Part shown: positions 29,702-39,808 of the stretch, in pieces | How the letters are laid out: every line of letters starts with the position of its first letter | How positions within the stretch are numbered: the first letter of the stretch is position 1 | Assembly (NCBI GenBank): GCA_040878325.1 | Contig: JBBDMM010000016.1 | Location: 124,001 to 188,000 of the forward strand | DNA length: 64,000 bases | DNA from: Acidimicrobiia bacterium | GTDB lineage: Bacteria > Actinomycetota > Acidimicrobiia > Spongiisociales > UBA11373 | Direction of reading: 5' to 3' | Position numbers and translations under genes: made by a program | The notes under the pieces: model-generated | Seen by the model: the letters and a program-made list of their open reading frames with translations, nothing else | The model's database searches: none | Told to the model about the DNA's origin: nothing

Positions 29702-31282
29702 ATGACCCGAGCCGTTTCGACGCACCGCGGTACCGGTGCCGTTGCTGTCACTCCCCACCATCTCGCCACTCAGGCGGCGGTCGATGTCATGGCGGCGGGG
29801 GGCAACGCCGTCGACGGGATCGTTGCCGCCAACGCCGTGCTCGGGATGGTGCTGCCCACCACCTGCGGCATCGGGGGCGACCTGTTCGCCATCGTCCACC
29901 GACCCGGCACCGACCGACCCGAAGTCCTGAATGCGTCGGGACGAGGCGGAGCGGGTTTGGATGCCGGACGGCTTCGCCGGGAAGGGCATACCACGATCCC
30001 GCTGCGTCGACCCGACTCGATCACGGTGCCGGGTTGCGTCGATGGATGGGAAGCACTGCTGGCCCGGCATGGCACCCGCCCTCTCGCCGATCTGCTGGCG
30101 CCGGCCATCGGGCTCGGTCGAGAGGGATGCCCTGTATCGACGGAGCTGGCGAGCGATCTCACCCGCATCGAGCCCATGATCGGCGGACAACCTTCCGCTC
30201 TGGCACTGTACCCCGGCGGCTCGCCCCCCGTCCCTGGCGCCACCCTCTTTCGCCCCGATCTCGCCGCCACCCTCGAAGCGATCGCCGCCGGCGGCCGGGA
30301 CGCCTTCTACCGGGGACGGGTCGCCGCGGCCATCACCGAGGCGACCTCAGGGATCCTGGAACCGGATGACCTCGCCGGCAACTCCGCAGACTGGGTCGAA
30401 GCGATCGGCACCGAGGTCTTCGGGCTGCAGGGATGGACCGTCCCCCCCAACAGCCAGGGTTATCTGACGCTCGCCGCGGCGATGCTCATCGAGGCGCTCG
30501 ACCCACCCGCCGATCCCGACGACCCGGCATTTCACCATGCCGTGATCGAGGCCTACCGCGCCGTCGCCTGGGAGCGAGACGACCTGGTCGCCGACCCCCG
30601 GCATGCTCCGCTGCCCCCCGAGCGCCTGCTCGACCGCGAGCGGATTCTGGACCGACTCGAGTCGATCGATCCCGAAATGGTCGCCCTGTGGCCGGAGCCG
30701 GGGGAGGCACCCGGCGGCACCGCCTATTTCTGCGCCATCGACGGAGACGGGCTGGCAGTCTCCATGATCCAGTCGAACTTCACCGGCATCGGCAGCGGCA
30801 TTTCGGCTGGCGATACCGGAGTGTTCCTCCACAACCGGGGCGGTGGCTTCAGCCTGGTCGCCGGGCATCCGAATGAGGCGGCTCCGGGCAAGCGCCCGAT
30901 GCACACCCTCTCCCCCACGCTCTGGACCCGCGGTGACCGCACCGCCCTGATCCTCGGCACCCGGGGCGGGCACCAGCAGCCCCAGTACCTCGCCCAGATC
31001 GCCGCGCTGCTCCTCCACGCGCGCCTGGCGCCCGGCGATGCCCAGGCCGCTCCGCGGTGGCATGCCGAAGGACCCGGGCCGCGCGGGTCGGTGGTTGCTG
31101 TCGAACGCCGCATGTCCGACCGGGTCGTCACCGGGCTCGGCGACCGTGGCCATACCGTCGAAGTCGGACCCGACTACCCGCAGGGGTGGGGTCCGGTCTC
31201 GATGATCGCGATCGACGAGAGCGGCACCCGCATCGGAGCAGCGGACCCCAGGGTGACGTCGGCCACCGCCGCCGGCGACTGA
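29702..31282 (+). CDS. ggt: Gamma-glutamyltransferase family protein
   Basis: GGNAVD, CGIGGDLF, LNASG, TVPG, PPNSQG, nucleophile G-TAYF, PGKRPMHTL, GAADPR. Confidence 0.93.
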   Translation: MTRAVSTHRGTGAVAVTPHHLATQAAVDVMAAGGNAVDGIVAANAVLGMVLPTTCGIGGDLFAIVHRPGTDRPEVLNASGRGGAGLDAGRLRREGHTTIPLRRPDSITVPGCVDGWEALLARHGTRPLADLLAPAIGLGREGCPVSTELASDLTRIEPMIGGQPSALALYPGGSPPVPGATLFRPDLAATLEAIAAGGRDAFYRGRVAAAITEATSGILEPDDLAGNSADWVEAIGTEVFGLQGWTVPPNSQGYLTLAAAMLIEALDPPADPDDPAFHHAVIEAYRAVAWERDDLVADPRHAPLPPERLLDRERILDRLESIDPEMVALWPEPGEAPGGTAYFCAIDGDGLAVSMIQSNFTGIGSGISAGDTGVFLHNRGGGFSLVAGHPNEAAPGKRPMHTLSPTLWTRGDRTALILGTRGGHQQPQYLAQIAALLLHARLAPGDAQAAPRWHAEGPGPRGSVVAVERRMSDRVVTGLGDRGHTVEVGPDYPQGWGPVSMIAIDESGTRIGAADPRVTSATAAGD

Positions 31283-32292
31283 TGCGCCTCGACCACTACC
31301 TGGCCGCCGACAGGATCGGAACCGTCGCGGACGAAGCGCATCGGGCGCGATCCCTCGGGTTCGACGGGGTGATGGCGGCGGAGACCAGCCACGACCCGTT
31401 CCTGGCCCTGACGGTGACCGCCACCGCCGAGCCGGAACTCGACCTGGGCACCGCGGTGGCGGTGGCGTTCGCTCGTTCGCCGATGACGATCGCTCACTCG
31501 GCCTGGGACCTCGCCGATCTCTCGCAGGGCAGGTTTCTGCTGGGACTCGGAACCCAGATCCGCCCCCACATCGTCGGCCGGTTCTCGATGCCCTGGGGCG
31601 AGCCCGTCCCGCGGATGCGCGAATTCATCGCGGCGTTGCGGGCGATTTGGCACTCATGGCAACACGGCGACCCGCTGCGGTTCAAGGGGGAGCACTACCG
31701 CTTCTCACTCATGACCCCTTTCTTCAACCCCGGGCCGATCGCACACCCGGAGGTGCCGATCTATCTGGCCGCGGTGGGGCCTGCCATGTGCCGCCTGGTC
31801 GGCGAAGCCGCGGACGGGATCCATATCCACCCCTTCCACACCCGCCGATACCTGGAGGAGACGGTCGGTCCCGCCATCGCGGTCGGCGCCGCCCGCCGCG
31901 GGCGGGATGCGGCCGCGGTCACCCGGGTAGCCACCCTGTTCGTGGTGACCGGGCGCGACGCCGGGGAAATGGAGCGATCGGCAGCAGCCGTGAGGAACCG
32001 AATCGCGTTCTACGCCAGCACTCCCGCCTACCGGGCGGTGCTCGACCTCCATGGCTGGGCGATGGGCGACGAGTTGACCGCGATGAGCAAGCGAGGTGAA
32101 TGGTCGATGATGGGCGACCTGGTCGACGACGAAGTGCTCGAGACCGTCGCGGTGGTGGCTCCGATCGACCGCGTCGCCCGCGCAATCGAAGAGCGTTGCG
32201 ATGGAACCGTCGACCGGCTCGGGCTGGTCTTCGGAGAGGAACCCGCCGACGAGACCCTCGGGGGGCTGGTGGCCCAACTGAGTAATCGGTGA
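31282..32292 (+). CDS. F420-dependent LLM class oxidoreductase (TIGR03617-like)
   Basis: AETSHDPF, AFARSPM, LGLGTQIRPHI, LMTPFFNPG, HPF, FYASTPAY; ATG overlaps the ggt stop. Confidence 0.9.
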   Translation: MRLDHYLAADRIGTVADEAHRARSLGFDGVMAAETSHDPFLALTVTATAEPELDLGTAVAVAFARSPMTIAHSAWDLADLSQGRFLLGLGTQIRPHIVGRFSMPWGEPVPRMREFIAALRAIWHSWQHGDPLRFKGEHYRFSLMTPFFNPGPIAHPEVPIYLAAVGPAMCRLVGEAADGIHIHPFHTRRYLEETVGPAIAVGAARRGRDAAAVTRVATLFVVTGRDAGEMERSAAAVRNRIAFYASTPAYRAVLDLHGWAMGDELTAMSKRGEWSMMGDLVDDEVLETVAVVAPIDRVARAIEERCDGTVDRLGLVFGEEPADETLGGLVAQLSNR

Positions 32293-32356
32293 GGGGGTAA
32301 GCCTCCCCTCTTGAGGTGCCGGACCGGACAATCCTCAGCAGCCGTACAATCGCGGT

Positions 32357-32716
32357 ATGCAGCGCGCAACCCGAATCGGAGGAGTCGTCGTCGGCGTCGC
32401 CGCCGCCGGGGTGGCGATGGTCTGGCTCCTCAAGGACCGGATCCTCGGCCCGGAGACCACTCCGGTGACCCGTGAGCAGGCGCCCCGGTTCCGAGTCGTC
32501 CCTTCGCCCAAGCCGGGGCGATCGAGTCACGACGCCGACGACCTCTCCGAGATCAAGGGAATCGGACCTGTCTATATGGCGCGACTGATCGATGGCGGCG
32601 TCACCACATTCGCCGCGGTCTCCACCACCGCCCCCGCCAAGCTGGCGGAGATCGCCGAGGTCGGGGAGGAGACCGCAGCCGCCTGGGTGAAGCAGGCGTC
32701 TACGCTCGCCCGGTGA
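32357..32716 (+). CDS. Membrane-anchored helix-hairpin-helix protein (DUF4332-like)
   Basis: N-terminal TM; DDLSEIKGIGPVY HhH motif; WVKQA. Confidence 0.8.
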   Translation: MQRATRIGGVVVGVAAAGVAMVWLLKDRILGPETTPVTREQAPRFRVVPSPKPGRSSHDADDLSEIKGIGPVYMARLIDGGVTTFAAVSTTAPAKLAEIAEVGEETAAAWVKQASTLAR

Positions 32717-33792
32717 TCGTCGATCCTGAACCGGGCGACGCCGATTCCGGTTCGCCCTACCTCACCGCTCCCGAAGAACTCGGAGGTCTCCTCCCCGACG
32801 AGCCTTCATATCGGATCGATCAGCTGAGGGAATGGCTATACCGCCACCCCGTCCTGTCGTCCGACGCGATGACGAACCTCCCCCGCAACGTGCGGGAGCA
32901 GGTGGGCCACCCGCTCTGGCCGTTCCAAGTCGAGCGGGAGAGCTCGGGTGATGGCGGACGAACGGTCAAGTGGCTGTTCCGCTGCTCCGACGGAGCCGCC
33001 ATCGAGGCCGTGCTCATGGGCTATCCCCGGCGCACCACGCTCTGCATCAGCAGTCAGGCGGGGTGCGCGATGGCATGCACCTTCTGCGCCACGGGGCAGT
33101 TCGGGTTCGAGCGCCACCTCAACGCCGGCGAGATCTACGCCCAGGTGGCGTACGCCAATGCTCACCTCAAGAGCCGCCCGATGCCGCGCTCGCCCGACCG
33201 GGTCACCAACGTGGTGTTCATGGGGATGGGTGAGCCACTCGCCAACTACTCGAACGTGCGCGAGTCGATTCGGCGGATGATCGAGGTCGGCGGAATGTCG
33301 GGCCGTTCGATCACCGTGTCGACGGTTGGTGTGGTTCCGGGGATTCTGCGCCTGATCGACGAGCCGTGGCCGGTGACCCTCGCAGTGAGCCTCCACGCGG
33401 CCGACGATCATCTCAGGGAGCAACTCGTCCCGCTCAACCGGCGCTATCCGATCGCAGACCTGATCGACGCTGCCCGGCGGTACCGGGAGAAAAAGGGTCG
33501 GCGGGTATCGCTCGAGTGGACCCTCATGGACGGCGTAAACGACAGCGCTCACCAGGCGCGGGCGCTGGCGGCCATCGCCAAGGACCTCGACGCCCATGTC
33601 AACATCATTCCCATGAACCCCACCCCGCTGGCGCCCCAGCGGCGCCCTCCTGCCCATCGCATCAAGGCCTTCGTCGAGGAGGTCGCCAGGCACGGGGCGA
33701 CCGTGACTCTCCGCGACACCCGTGGTGTCGAAATCGATGCGGCCTGCGGGCAGCTTCGGGTCAGGGCAGAAACCGAGAGGACCCCTCAATGA
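32713..33792 (+). CDS. rlmN: Dual-specificity RNA methyltransferase RlmN
   Basis: CISSQAGCAMACTFCATG, FMGMGEP, VSLHA, IDAACGQL. Confidence 0.96.
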   Translation: MIVDPEPGDADSGSPYLTAPEELGGLLPDEPSYRIDQLREWLYRHPVLSSDAMTNLPRNVREQVGHPLWPFQVERESSGDGGRTVKWLFRCSDGAAIEAVLMGYPRRTTLCISSQAGCAMACTFCATGQFGFERHLNAGEIYAQVAYANAHLKSRPMPRSPDRVTNVVFMGMGEPLANYSNVRESIRRMIEVGGMSGRSITVSTVGVVPGILRLIDEPWPVTLAVSLHAADDHLREQLVPLNRRYPIADLIDAARRYREKKGRRVSLEWTLMDGVNDSAHQARALAAIAKDLDAHVNIIPMNPTPLAPQRRPPAHRIKAFVEEVARHGATVTLRDTRGVEIDAACGQLRVRAETERTPQ

Positions 33793-34247
33793 TCGAGCCG
33801 GGCGATCCCGCTCCATCCTTCCAGTTGCCCGACCAGGACGGCAGACCGGTGCGGCTTGCCGACTATTCCGGGGAGCGGCTGATCATCTACTTCTATCCCA
33901 AGGCGTTCACGCCGGGATGCACCACCCAGGCCTGCGACTTCAGGGACAATCACCAGGCCTTTGCGAAGGCCGGCTACCAGATCGTCGGCATCAGCCCCGA
34001 CCCGGTCGATCGGCTGGGGCGATTCCGTGATGAGCACCAACTGCCGTTCCCGGTGCTATCCGATCCGAACCACGCCACCGCTCGTGACTACGGGGCCTGG
34101 GGCAAGAAGGTGAACTACGGGCGCGAGTACGAGGGGATCATCCGCTCGACCTTCGTCATCGGGCCGGACGGGTCCATCGAGAAGGCATGGCGCAACGTCA
34201 AAGCGAAGGGCCACGGGGAAAGGATCCTGCGCGAAGTCACCGCTTGA
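33789..34247 (+). CDS. bcp: Thioredoxin-dependent peroxiredoxin Bcp
   Basis: YFYPKAFTPGCTTQACDFRD, RSTFVI; ATG 33789 overlaps the rlmN stop. Confidence 0.95.
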   Translation: MIEPGDPAPSFQLPDQDGRPVRLADYSGERLIIYFYPKAFTPGCTTQACDFRDNHQAFAKAGYQIVGISPDPVDRLGRFRDEHQLPFPVLSDPNHATARDYGAWGKKVNYGREYEGIIRSTFVIGPDGSIEKAWRNVKAKGHGERILREVTA

Positions 34248-34322
34248 GGCTGGCGGCAAGTGCCGCTGGCGAAGATGCGCGCTTGATTAACCGCCCCCCC
34301 GTTTACACTCGGCCCCTCCCCT

Positions 34323-36143
34323 ATGGATCACCTTCCCCGCCCGCTCCAGTTGTCGCTTTTCGTCGCCGCTTCGGCGCTGACGCTCATCGCCGTCGTCTTC
34401 GGCGTGGACCGCCTCACCAACGCCGGCGAGATCCTCGGCGACGTCGAGGTCGTGGGAGTGAATCTCGGCGGGCTCGACGAACGGGCCGCCCGCTCCCGCC
34501 TCGAAGACCTGGAGGCGGACCTTCTCGCCTCGCCCGTTCAAGTCGAGGTCGACGGTCATGAGTTCTTCCTGGATCCCGCCGAAGTGAGCTTCGACATCAG
34601 GGAGCGGGATCTGGTCGACATCGCGATGTCCAATGGCCGGTCGGGAAATGTCGCCAACCAGTTCGGCTGGTGGCTCGGCCGATTCACCGGCGACGACGCC
34701 GACCTGACGCTTGCCTACGACTTCGATCGATCGGCCCTCGTCGACATCATCTCGACATGGGAGGTCGAAGGCATCGACGACCCGGCCGATCAGGGCGAGG
34801 TGCGGGTGGTCAATGGAAACGTCGAGTACACCTACCCATCGCCGGGAACCGGCATCGAAATCGCCACCGCGGTCGACCTGCTCACCGCCGCCCTCGCCGA
34901 TCCTGATCGCGCGGTGGTCACCCTGCCCACCCGATTCCTCCAACCGAAGGTCACCGACGACGACGTCGACGAAGCGGTGATCGAGGCTCAACAGATCATC
35001 GCCGACGAGGTCACTTTCACCAACGCCGAGTTGGGGACCTCGGTGGTCATTCCCCCCCGGGTGCTCGCGGCGGCACTCCAGGTGACCCTCGACGAGGAGG
35101 CCGACGACCCCGAGTTCGAGTTCTCCTTCGACCGCAACCCGATCGCCACCTTCCTCAGCGCGCTGGGACCCGCCGTCGAGACCGAGCCCGTCGATGCCGA
35201 GATCCTGATCGATGTCGAGACGGATGAAGTGACGGTCGTTCCCAGCATTCCGGTCAGAGAACCCGACCCCGACCTGCTGACGGTGGCCCTGGAGACGGCG
35301 ATCGCGGATGGCACCCGGGCGGGAGTGCTCCCTTACCGGGAGGGGCGCGAGGCCGAATTCTCCACTGAGGATGCGGACGCACTCGGAATCAAGGAACTCA
35401 TCGGCGAGTTCACCACCTACCACGCCTGCTGCGCGAACCGGGTCGTGAACATCCAATTGATCGCCGACGCGGTCGACGGGGTCGTGATCATGCCGGGCGA
35501 GGAGTTCAACCTCAACGAGATCGTCGGCCAGCGCACCACCGAAAAGGGCTATCGATGCGCCGGGGCCATCGTCGGGGGCGAGTTGGTGGAGGAGGGAGCC
35601 GTCTGCATCGGGGGCGGCAGCAGCCAGTTCACGACCACGATGTACAACGCCGCCTTCTTCGCCGGCCTCGAGGACGTGGCCCATACCCCGCACTCGATCT
35701 GGTTCAGCCGGTACCCGGAAGGACGAGAGGCCACACTCGGATGGCAGAACCCCAACTTGATTTTCCGCAACAACACCGAGAACGCCATCATCGTCCGCAC
35801 CACCCACACCCCCACCGAGATCACTGCCAAGATCTACGGTGACAACGGTGGGCTGGTGGTCGAAGCAGGGCTGTCCAACCGCTACAACCACACGAGCGCC
35901 CGTGGCCCCGTCATCCGCAAGAATTCCTCTTTGGTGCCGAGCGGGCCGGCAGGTTGCAGCCCTTCCACCGCCGTCACGGTCCAGAGCGGTACCGGTGGAT
36001 GGTCGGTGGACGTGTATCGCTACATCACGCATCCGGACGGCACCAAGACCACCGAGACATGGTCCTGGCACTACACCGGCTACTACACCATCAGGGAGTG
36101 GAACGACAACCACCCCAACTGCGACCCGCCCGACGACCCGTGA
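34323..36143 (+). CDS. VanW family protein with peptidoglycan-binding domains
   Basis: TM anchor; EFTT, NRVVNI, GQRTTEKGY, GGGSSQFTTTMYNA, HS, RYPEGREAT. Confidence 0.9.
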   Translation: MDHLPRPLQLSLFVAASALTLIAVVFGVDRLTNAGEILGDVEVVGVNLGGLDERAARSRLEDLEADLLASPVQVEVDGHEFFLDPAEVSFDIRERDLVDIAMSNGRSGNVANQFGWWLGRFTGDDADLTLAYDFDRSALVDIISTWEVEGIDDPADQGEVRVVNGNVEYTYPSPGTGIEIATAVDLLTAALADPDRAVVTLPTRFLQPKVTDDDVDEAVIEAQQIIADEVTFTNAELGTSVVIPPRVLAAALQVTLDEEADDPEFEFSFDRNPIATFLSALGPAVETEPVDAEILIDVETDEVTVVPSIPVREPDPDLLTVALETAIADGTRAGVLPYREGREAEFSTEDADALGIKELIGEFTTYHACCANRVVNIQLIADAVDGVVIMPGEEFNLNEIVGQRTTEKGYRCAGAIVGGELVEEGAVCIGGGSSQFTTTMYNAAFFAGLEDVAHTPHSIWFSRYPEGREATLGWQNPNLIFRNNTENAIIVRTTHTPTEITAKIYGDNGGLVVEAGLSNRYNHTSARGPVIRKNSSLVPSGPAGCSPSTAVTVQSGTGGWSVDVYRYITHPDGTKTTETWSWHYTGYYTIREWNDNHPNCDPPDDP

Positions 36144-36203
36144 TCCTCCAGCAGTGCTGAGGGTTGCCGCGCCGTTGGACGGGTCCCGATAAAGGCGATC
36201 GCC

Positions 36204-36758
36204 TCAGACATCACGGATCCCGTCGATCATCAAGAAGATCCCGACGAGCACCAGCAACACCGCCAGCACGCGACCCGCGGCGGCGAAGACCCGACTTGTC
36301 CGGCCTCCGCTAGGCACGGCGCCGAGGAGACCGAAAGCCGCCAGCGCAGCGGCGGCTGCGCCGGCCGTCGCAGCCACGCCATTCTGGGTCGCCCCTGCCA
36401 ACGCCAGCATCAGCACCTCGGGAGCCAGCAGGCGCGGGAAGGCGACCGGCCACAGCCCATCGCGCCATCCGCCCGACTCCGGCTCGGCCGCCGGTGTCGG
36501 GACGACGAAGGCCCACGCCCCAGCGAGGATTGCCACCAGACCGGCGGCGATCCGGAATGTCTCGGGAGTGACCTCGAGCGTCCGCAGGATCGGCGCCGAC
36601 CACCAACCCAGGAGCGCGACCGCTCCGAGCGATACGGCGAACGCGACCGCGATCACGGACGGGCGCACCCGGCCGCGCCCGTCCTCGGGCAGCGCGATGC
36701 GCGACCGAAGGGGATTGACTGCCGCCATCAGCGCCACCACCAGCAACACATCGCTCAT
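36204..36758 (-). CDS. MarC-like membrane protein
   Basis: AAVNP, ETFRIAAG, PVAFP, MIDGI; ATG 36758 overlaps the upstream stop. Confidence 0.78.
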   Translation of the reverse strand: MSDVLLVVALMAAVNPLRSRIALPEDGRGRVRPSVIAVAFAVSLGAVALLGWWSAPILRTLEVTPETFRIAAGLVAILAGAWAFVVPTPAAEPESGGWRDGLWPVAFPRLLAPEVLMLALAGATQNGVAATAGAAAAALAAFGLLGAVPSGGRTSRVFAAAGRVLAVLLVLVGIFLMIDGIRDV

Positions 36759-37927
36759 CGTCCATCCTCCCTCGACTCGATCAGGGTCAGTGCGTAGAGC
36801 AGCGACGAGAGCACGTGCTGCTGGTCGTCCATCTGGGTGTAGCCGCGGTAGAACCAGGCGCCTCGCTGGAGGTCGGGCCGAAGCGCGTCCGCCGCCTCCG
36901 ACGCAGTGACCTGCCGCTGTGCCATGAATCCGGCCGTGCAGAGCATGCGCTCTTCGATGTTGGGCTGCAGGTCGGCCAGCCGGGGATCGTCCCCGATGGT
37001 CCACAGCGCACCGATGCCCTCGCCGGCGGTACCGACGCCGGCGGGAGGCCCGGGGAACCAACGCAATGCCAGGTTGATCCCGTCGCCCCGCCGCTGCGCC
37101 TCGAAGCGGAGGCGCATTCCGAAGTAGCCGGCCAGCTGCCGGGCGTAGTCCACCCGCTCCTCGGTGAGCAGATCCGGCCGCAGCTCGGAGATCGTGTAGG
37201 CCGCCCAGTGATCGGGCAGACGGGTCAGCCGCCCTTCGCGGCGGTCCCGGTCCGTCGCCATGTAGTCGACCGTCCGGGCGGCGGCTTCGCCCCAACCCTC
37301 GCCGGGGAAGGCGTGATCGAGCAGGGCCAGCGCCCACGAGGCCTCCCCGGTCGAATAGGTGCCGAAGGTCGGATCAGAAGTGCCGGTCGAACGGTGCCAA
37401 TAGCCACTCACACTGCCATCGGGGTACTGCTGTACGAGGAGGAAGCGGCCGATGCCCCGCATCAACTCATCATGGCGCGGGTCGCCGGTGGCCTCACGAC
37501 GGATCGCCAGGGCGGCGAGAAGCAACCCATTTGCGCCGGTGTTCACCTCACCGAGCACGTCCCACGCCACGAAGTCCCCGTGCGTGAACATCCCCTGGAG
37601 TGCGAACTCGAGCGCCCGGTCCGCTCCGGCCAGCGCCTCACTCGAACCGGTGAAGGCATGAGCCTGATAGAGCGACATCGTCACGCCGGCGTGGCGCGGA
37701 CCGTTGTAGCCAGGGTTCACCTGGTCCTCGCCACGGTGATAGCCGTAGGTGTACCGCCCCTCTGGGCCCATGCCGGTGACGATCCAGCGCACCGCATCGT
37801 CAATGGCCCTCGAGGCAGTGGCACCGTCGATCGGCGGGCACACCTCAGCCGGAATCACCCCGACCCGTATCACCGCAGCACCGACGATCAATACGGAGAA
37901 GTGGAGTGCCAGGCGTCTGCGAAACAC
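36755..37927 (-). CDS. Hypothetical exported protein, probably an alpha/alpha barrel
   Basis: N-terminal hydrophobic segment; GRYTYGY, YNGPRHAG, YSTGEA, DHW, QMDDQQH. Confidence 0.7.
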   Translation of the reverse strand: MFRRRLALHFSVLIVGAAVIRVGVIPAEVCPPIDGATASRAIDDAVRWIVTGMGPEGRYTYGYHRGEDQVNPGYNGPRHAGVTMSLYQAHAFTGSSEALAGADRALEFALQGMFTHGDFVAWDVLGEVNTGANGLLLAALAIRREATGDPRHDELMRGIGRFLLVQQYPDGSVSGYWHRSTGTSDPTFGTYSTGEASWALALLDHAFPGEGWGEAAARTVDYMATDRDRREGRLTRLPDHWAAYTISELRPDLLTEERVDYARQLAGYFGMRLRFEAQRRGDGINLALRWFPGPPAGVGTAGEGIGALWTIGDDPRLADLQPNIEERMLCTAGFMAQRQVTASEAADALRPDLQRGAWFYRGYTQMDDQQHVLSSLLYALTLIESREDGR

Positions 37928-37930
37928 AGA

Positions 37931-38521
37931 TCAGCAGCTGGCTGCGGTCTCCGGGGCGGTCCGATCCTGGAACGCCCGATAGAACTGGTCGATCAGATCC
38001 GTATCCACGCTGTCGAGCTTGAGCTGTCTCCCCCAGGCCGACACCGCCACCGCGGAGTCCATTCCCGGATAGGGGCTCACGATCACCTCGCGTCGGCGAC
38101 CGAAACCCTCGAGATCGTCGATGTCGCCCTCGTCGAGGTCCGGGTCGTAGGCGATCCATATCGCCCCGTGCTCCATAGCGTGAACCGCGTTCTCGTTCCT
38201 CACCGGGGCGGTATACACCCGACACGCCAACCACTCGGGGTGGTGAGGCCCGCCAACGGGGGGGTTCTGGGCGTAGGTGACCGGCTCGACCGTGTGGGCG
38301 AACTCCTCGATCACGAAAACCTCGGTACCGGGAGGCGGCTCGGCGACCCCCTGGGGATTCCCGGAAACATCGGCAGAGATGTAGATCACGATGCCAACGA
38401 GAATCGCCACGATCCCCACGCCCATGATGTACTTGAGCCAGGGCCTGCCACCCGACGCTTGGGTCGAGGACGCGACGCGGCGTTCCTGCACGTTGCGGCG
38501 TGGTTTCGGTGCGTTGCCCAT
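37931..38521 (-). CDS. DUF3105 domain protein
   Basis: NPPVGGPH, VHAMEHGAIWI, SPYPG, SAWG, PE..ASC. Confidence 0.9.
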   Translation of the reverse strand: MGNAPKPRRNVQERRVASSTQASGGRPWLKYIMGVGIVAILVGIVIYISADVSGNPQGVAEPPPGTEVFVIEEFAHTVEPVTYAQNPPVGGPHHPEWLACRVYTAPVRNENAVHAMEHGAIWIAYDPDLDEGDIDDLEGFGRRREVIVSPYPGMDSAVAVSAWGRQLKLDSVDTDLIDQFYRAFQDRTAPETAASC

Positions 38522-38624
38522 GGTCCTCCGGTCCTGAACGGGTGCCAATCTACGACATCCCGGCGCAAATGCGTATCCCTCCCCACCGGGTCGGGACGCA
38601 GGACCGATCTGCGAGTATCACGAG

Positions 38625-39593
38625 ATGCCATCGACCATCGACGTGCTGCTGCTCCTGGCGCTGCCCGCCTCGGGAAAGTCGGAGCTCCGCCGCTACATCG
38701 AGCACCTCGGCCCCCGCCGGGACCAGATACATCTTGGCCCGACGATCCAGCTCGACGACTACCCCTATGTGCACCTCATGCGCCGGATCTCCGAGGGGCA
38801 GCGCCGCCTTGGCCTGGCACCGGCCTTCTTCGAATCAGACCAGACACCATTCACCGACCCGCGAGATTGGCTGACTTTGATCCACCTGATCAACCAGGAC
38901 TTCGCCGCCTTGGATTCCACGAACCCTCGACGCGACGACCCGGGCCACTTGCTCGATCGTTTTCAGGCCGCCCGCCGCCTCGCCGGGATCGCCTCTCCCT
39001 TTGCTCGCAGCGAGGACCTCGAGCGGGCCACCGCCGACGATGCCGCCGCACTCGCCGATGCACTACCCGGACTCGCGGCGGAATCGATGCGAAATTCGAC
39101 GATCCTCATCGAGTTCGCCCGAGGCGGACCGGAGGGATCCCACCCACCGCTGCCGTTCCCCTTCGGCTACGAGCACTCGCTCGCGGCGCTGTCCCCGGAG
39201 ATCCTGCGGCGGGCGTCGATCCTCTATGTATGGGTCACCCCGGAAGAGAGCCGCCGGCGCAACCGGGAGCGCGCCCTCCCCGGGCCCGAGGGCGATGCCT
39301 CCATCCTCCACCACGGCGTACCCGAGCGGGTGATGCGCGGCGATTACGGCGTGGATGACATCGACTGGCTCGCCGCCTCCTCGCCCGAGCCAGGGACGAT
39401 CGCGGTGGCGGGCGGCGGGGATACCCACTTGTTGCCGTTCTCCCGCTTCGACAACCGGGACGACCACACCTCGTTCCTGCGGGGAGAGCCCGCAACCTGG
39501 TCCGCCGACTCGATCGACCCCCTCCACGCCGAACTCTCCCGCGCTCTGGACGAGATCGTGTTCGGAGGGGTAGATTCCCCCACAGCGGAGTAA
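38625..39593 (+). CDS. Hypothetical P-loop (kinase-like) protein
   Basis: N-terminal LLLALPASGKSE Walker A-like motif; good coding bias. Confidence 0.75.
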   Translation: MPSTIDVLLLLALPASGKSELRRYIEHLGPRRDQIHLGPTIQLDDYPYVHLMRRISEGQRRLGLAPAFFESDQTPFTDPRDWLTLIHLINQDFAALDSTNPRRDDPGHLLDRFQAARRLAGIASPFARSEDLERATADDAAALADALPGLAAESMRNSTILIEFARGGPEGSHPPLPFPFGYEHSLAALSPEILRRASILYVWVTPEESRRRNRERALPGPEGDASILHHGVPERVMRGDYGVDDIDWLAASSPEPGTIAVAGGGDTHLLPFSRFDNRDDHTSFLRGEPATWSADSIDPLHAELSRALDEIVFGGVDSPTAE

Positions 39594-39620
39594 GGGGCCG
39601 CCCACGCGGCCACCAACTCG

Positions 39621-39660
39621 AGACACGCCCCCGGGCCAGAGACCGGGGGCGTGTCTGTTT
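39621..39660 (+). terminator. Intrinsic terminator-like hairpin
   Basis: Perfect 14-bp stem agacacgcccccgg-N8-ccgggggcgtgtct followed by gttt. Confidence 0.75.
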
Positions 39661-39685
39661 GGTCGGCTGCCTGCGGCAGCCTCCG

Positions 39686-39760
39686 GCGATTGGCGATTGG
39701 CGATTGGCGATTGGCCGGGTTTCGCCCATCGCGGGCCGAGCGGAGCGAGGCCCAATCGCG
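39686..39760. repeat. (GCGATTG) x4 plus an inverted copy of the REP-like element at 13296
   Basis: Four heptamers at 39686-39713; atcgcgggccgagcggagcgaggccc is the reverse complement of 13296-13321 with one mismatch. Confidence 0.8.
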
Positions 39761-39808
39761 GAGGAAGCGAAGCTGGCCTCCTATCGCAAAGCCGGGCGAA
39801 GCCCGGCC

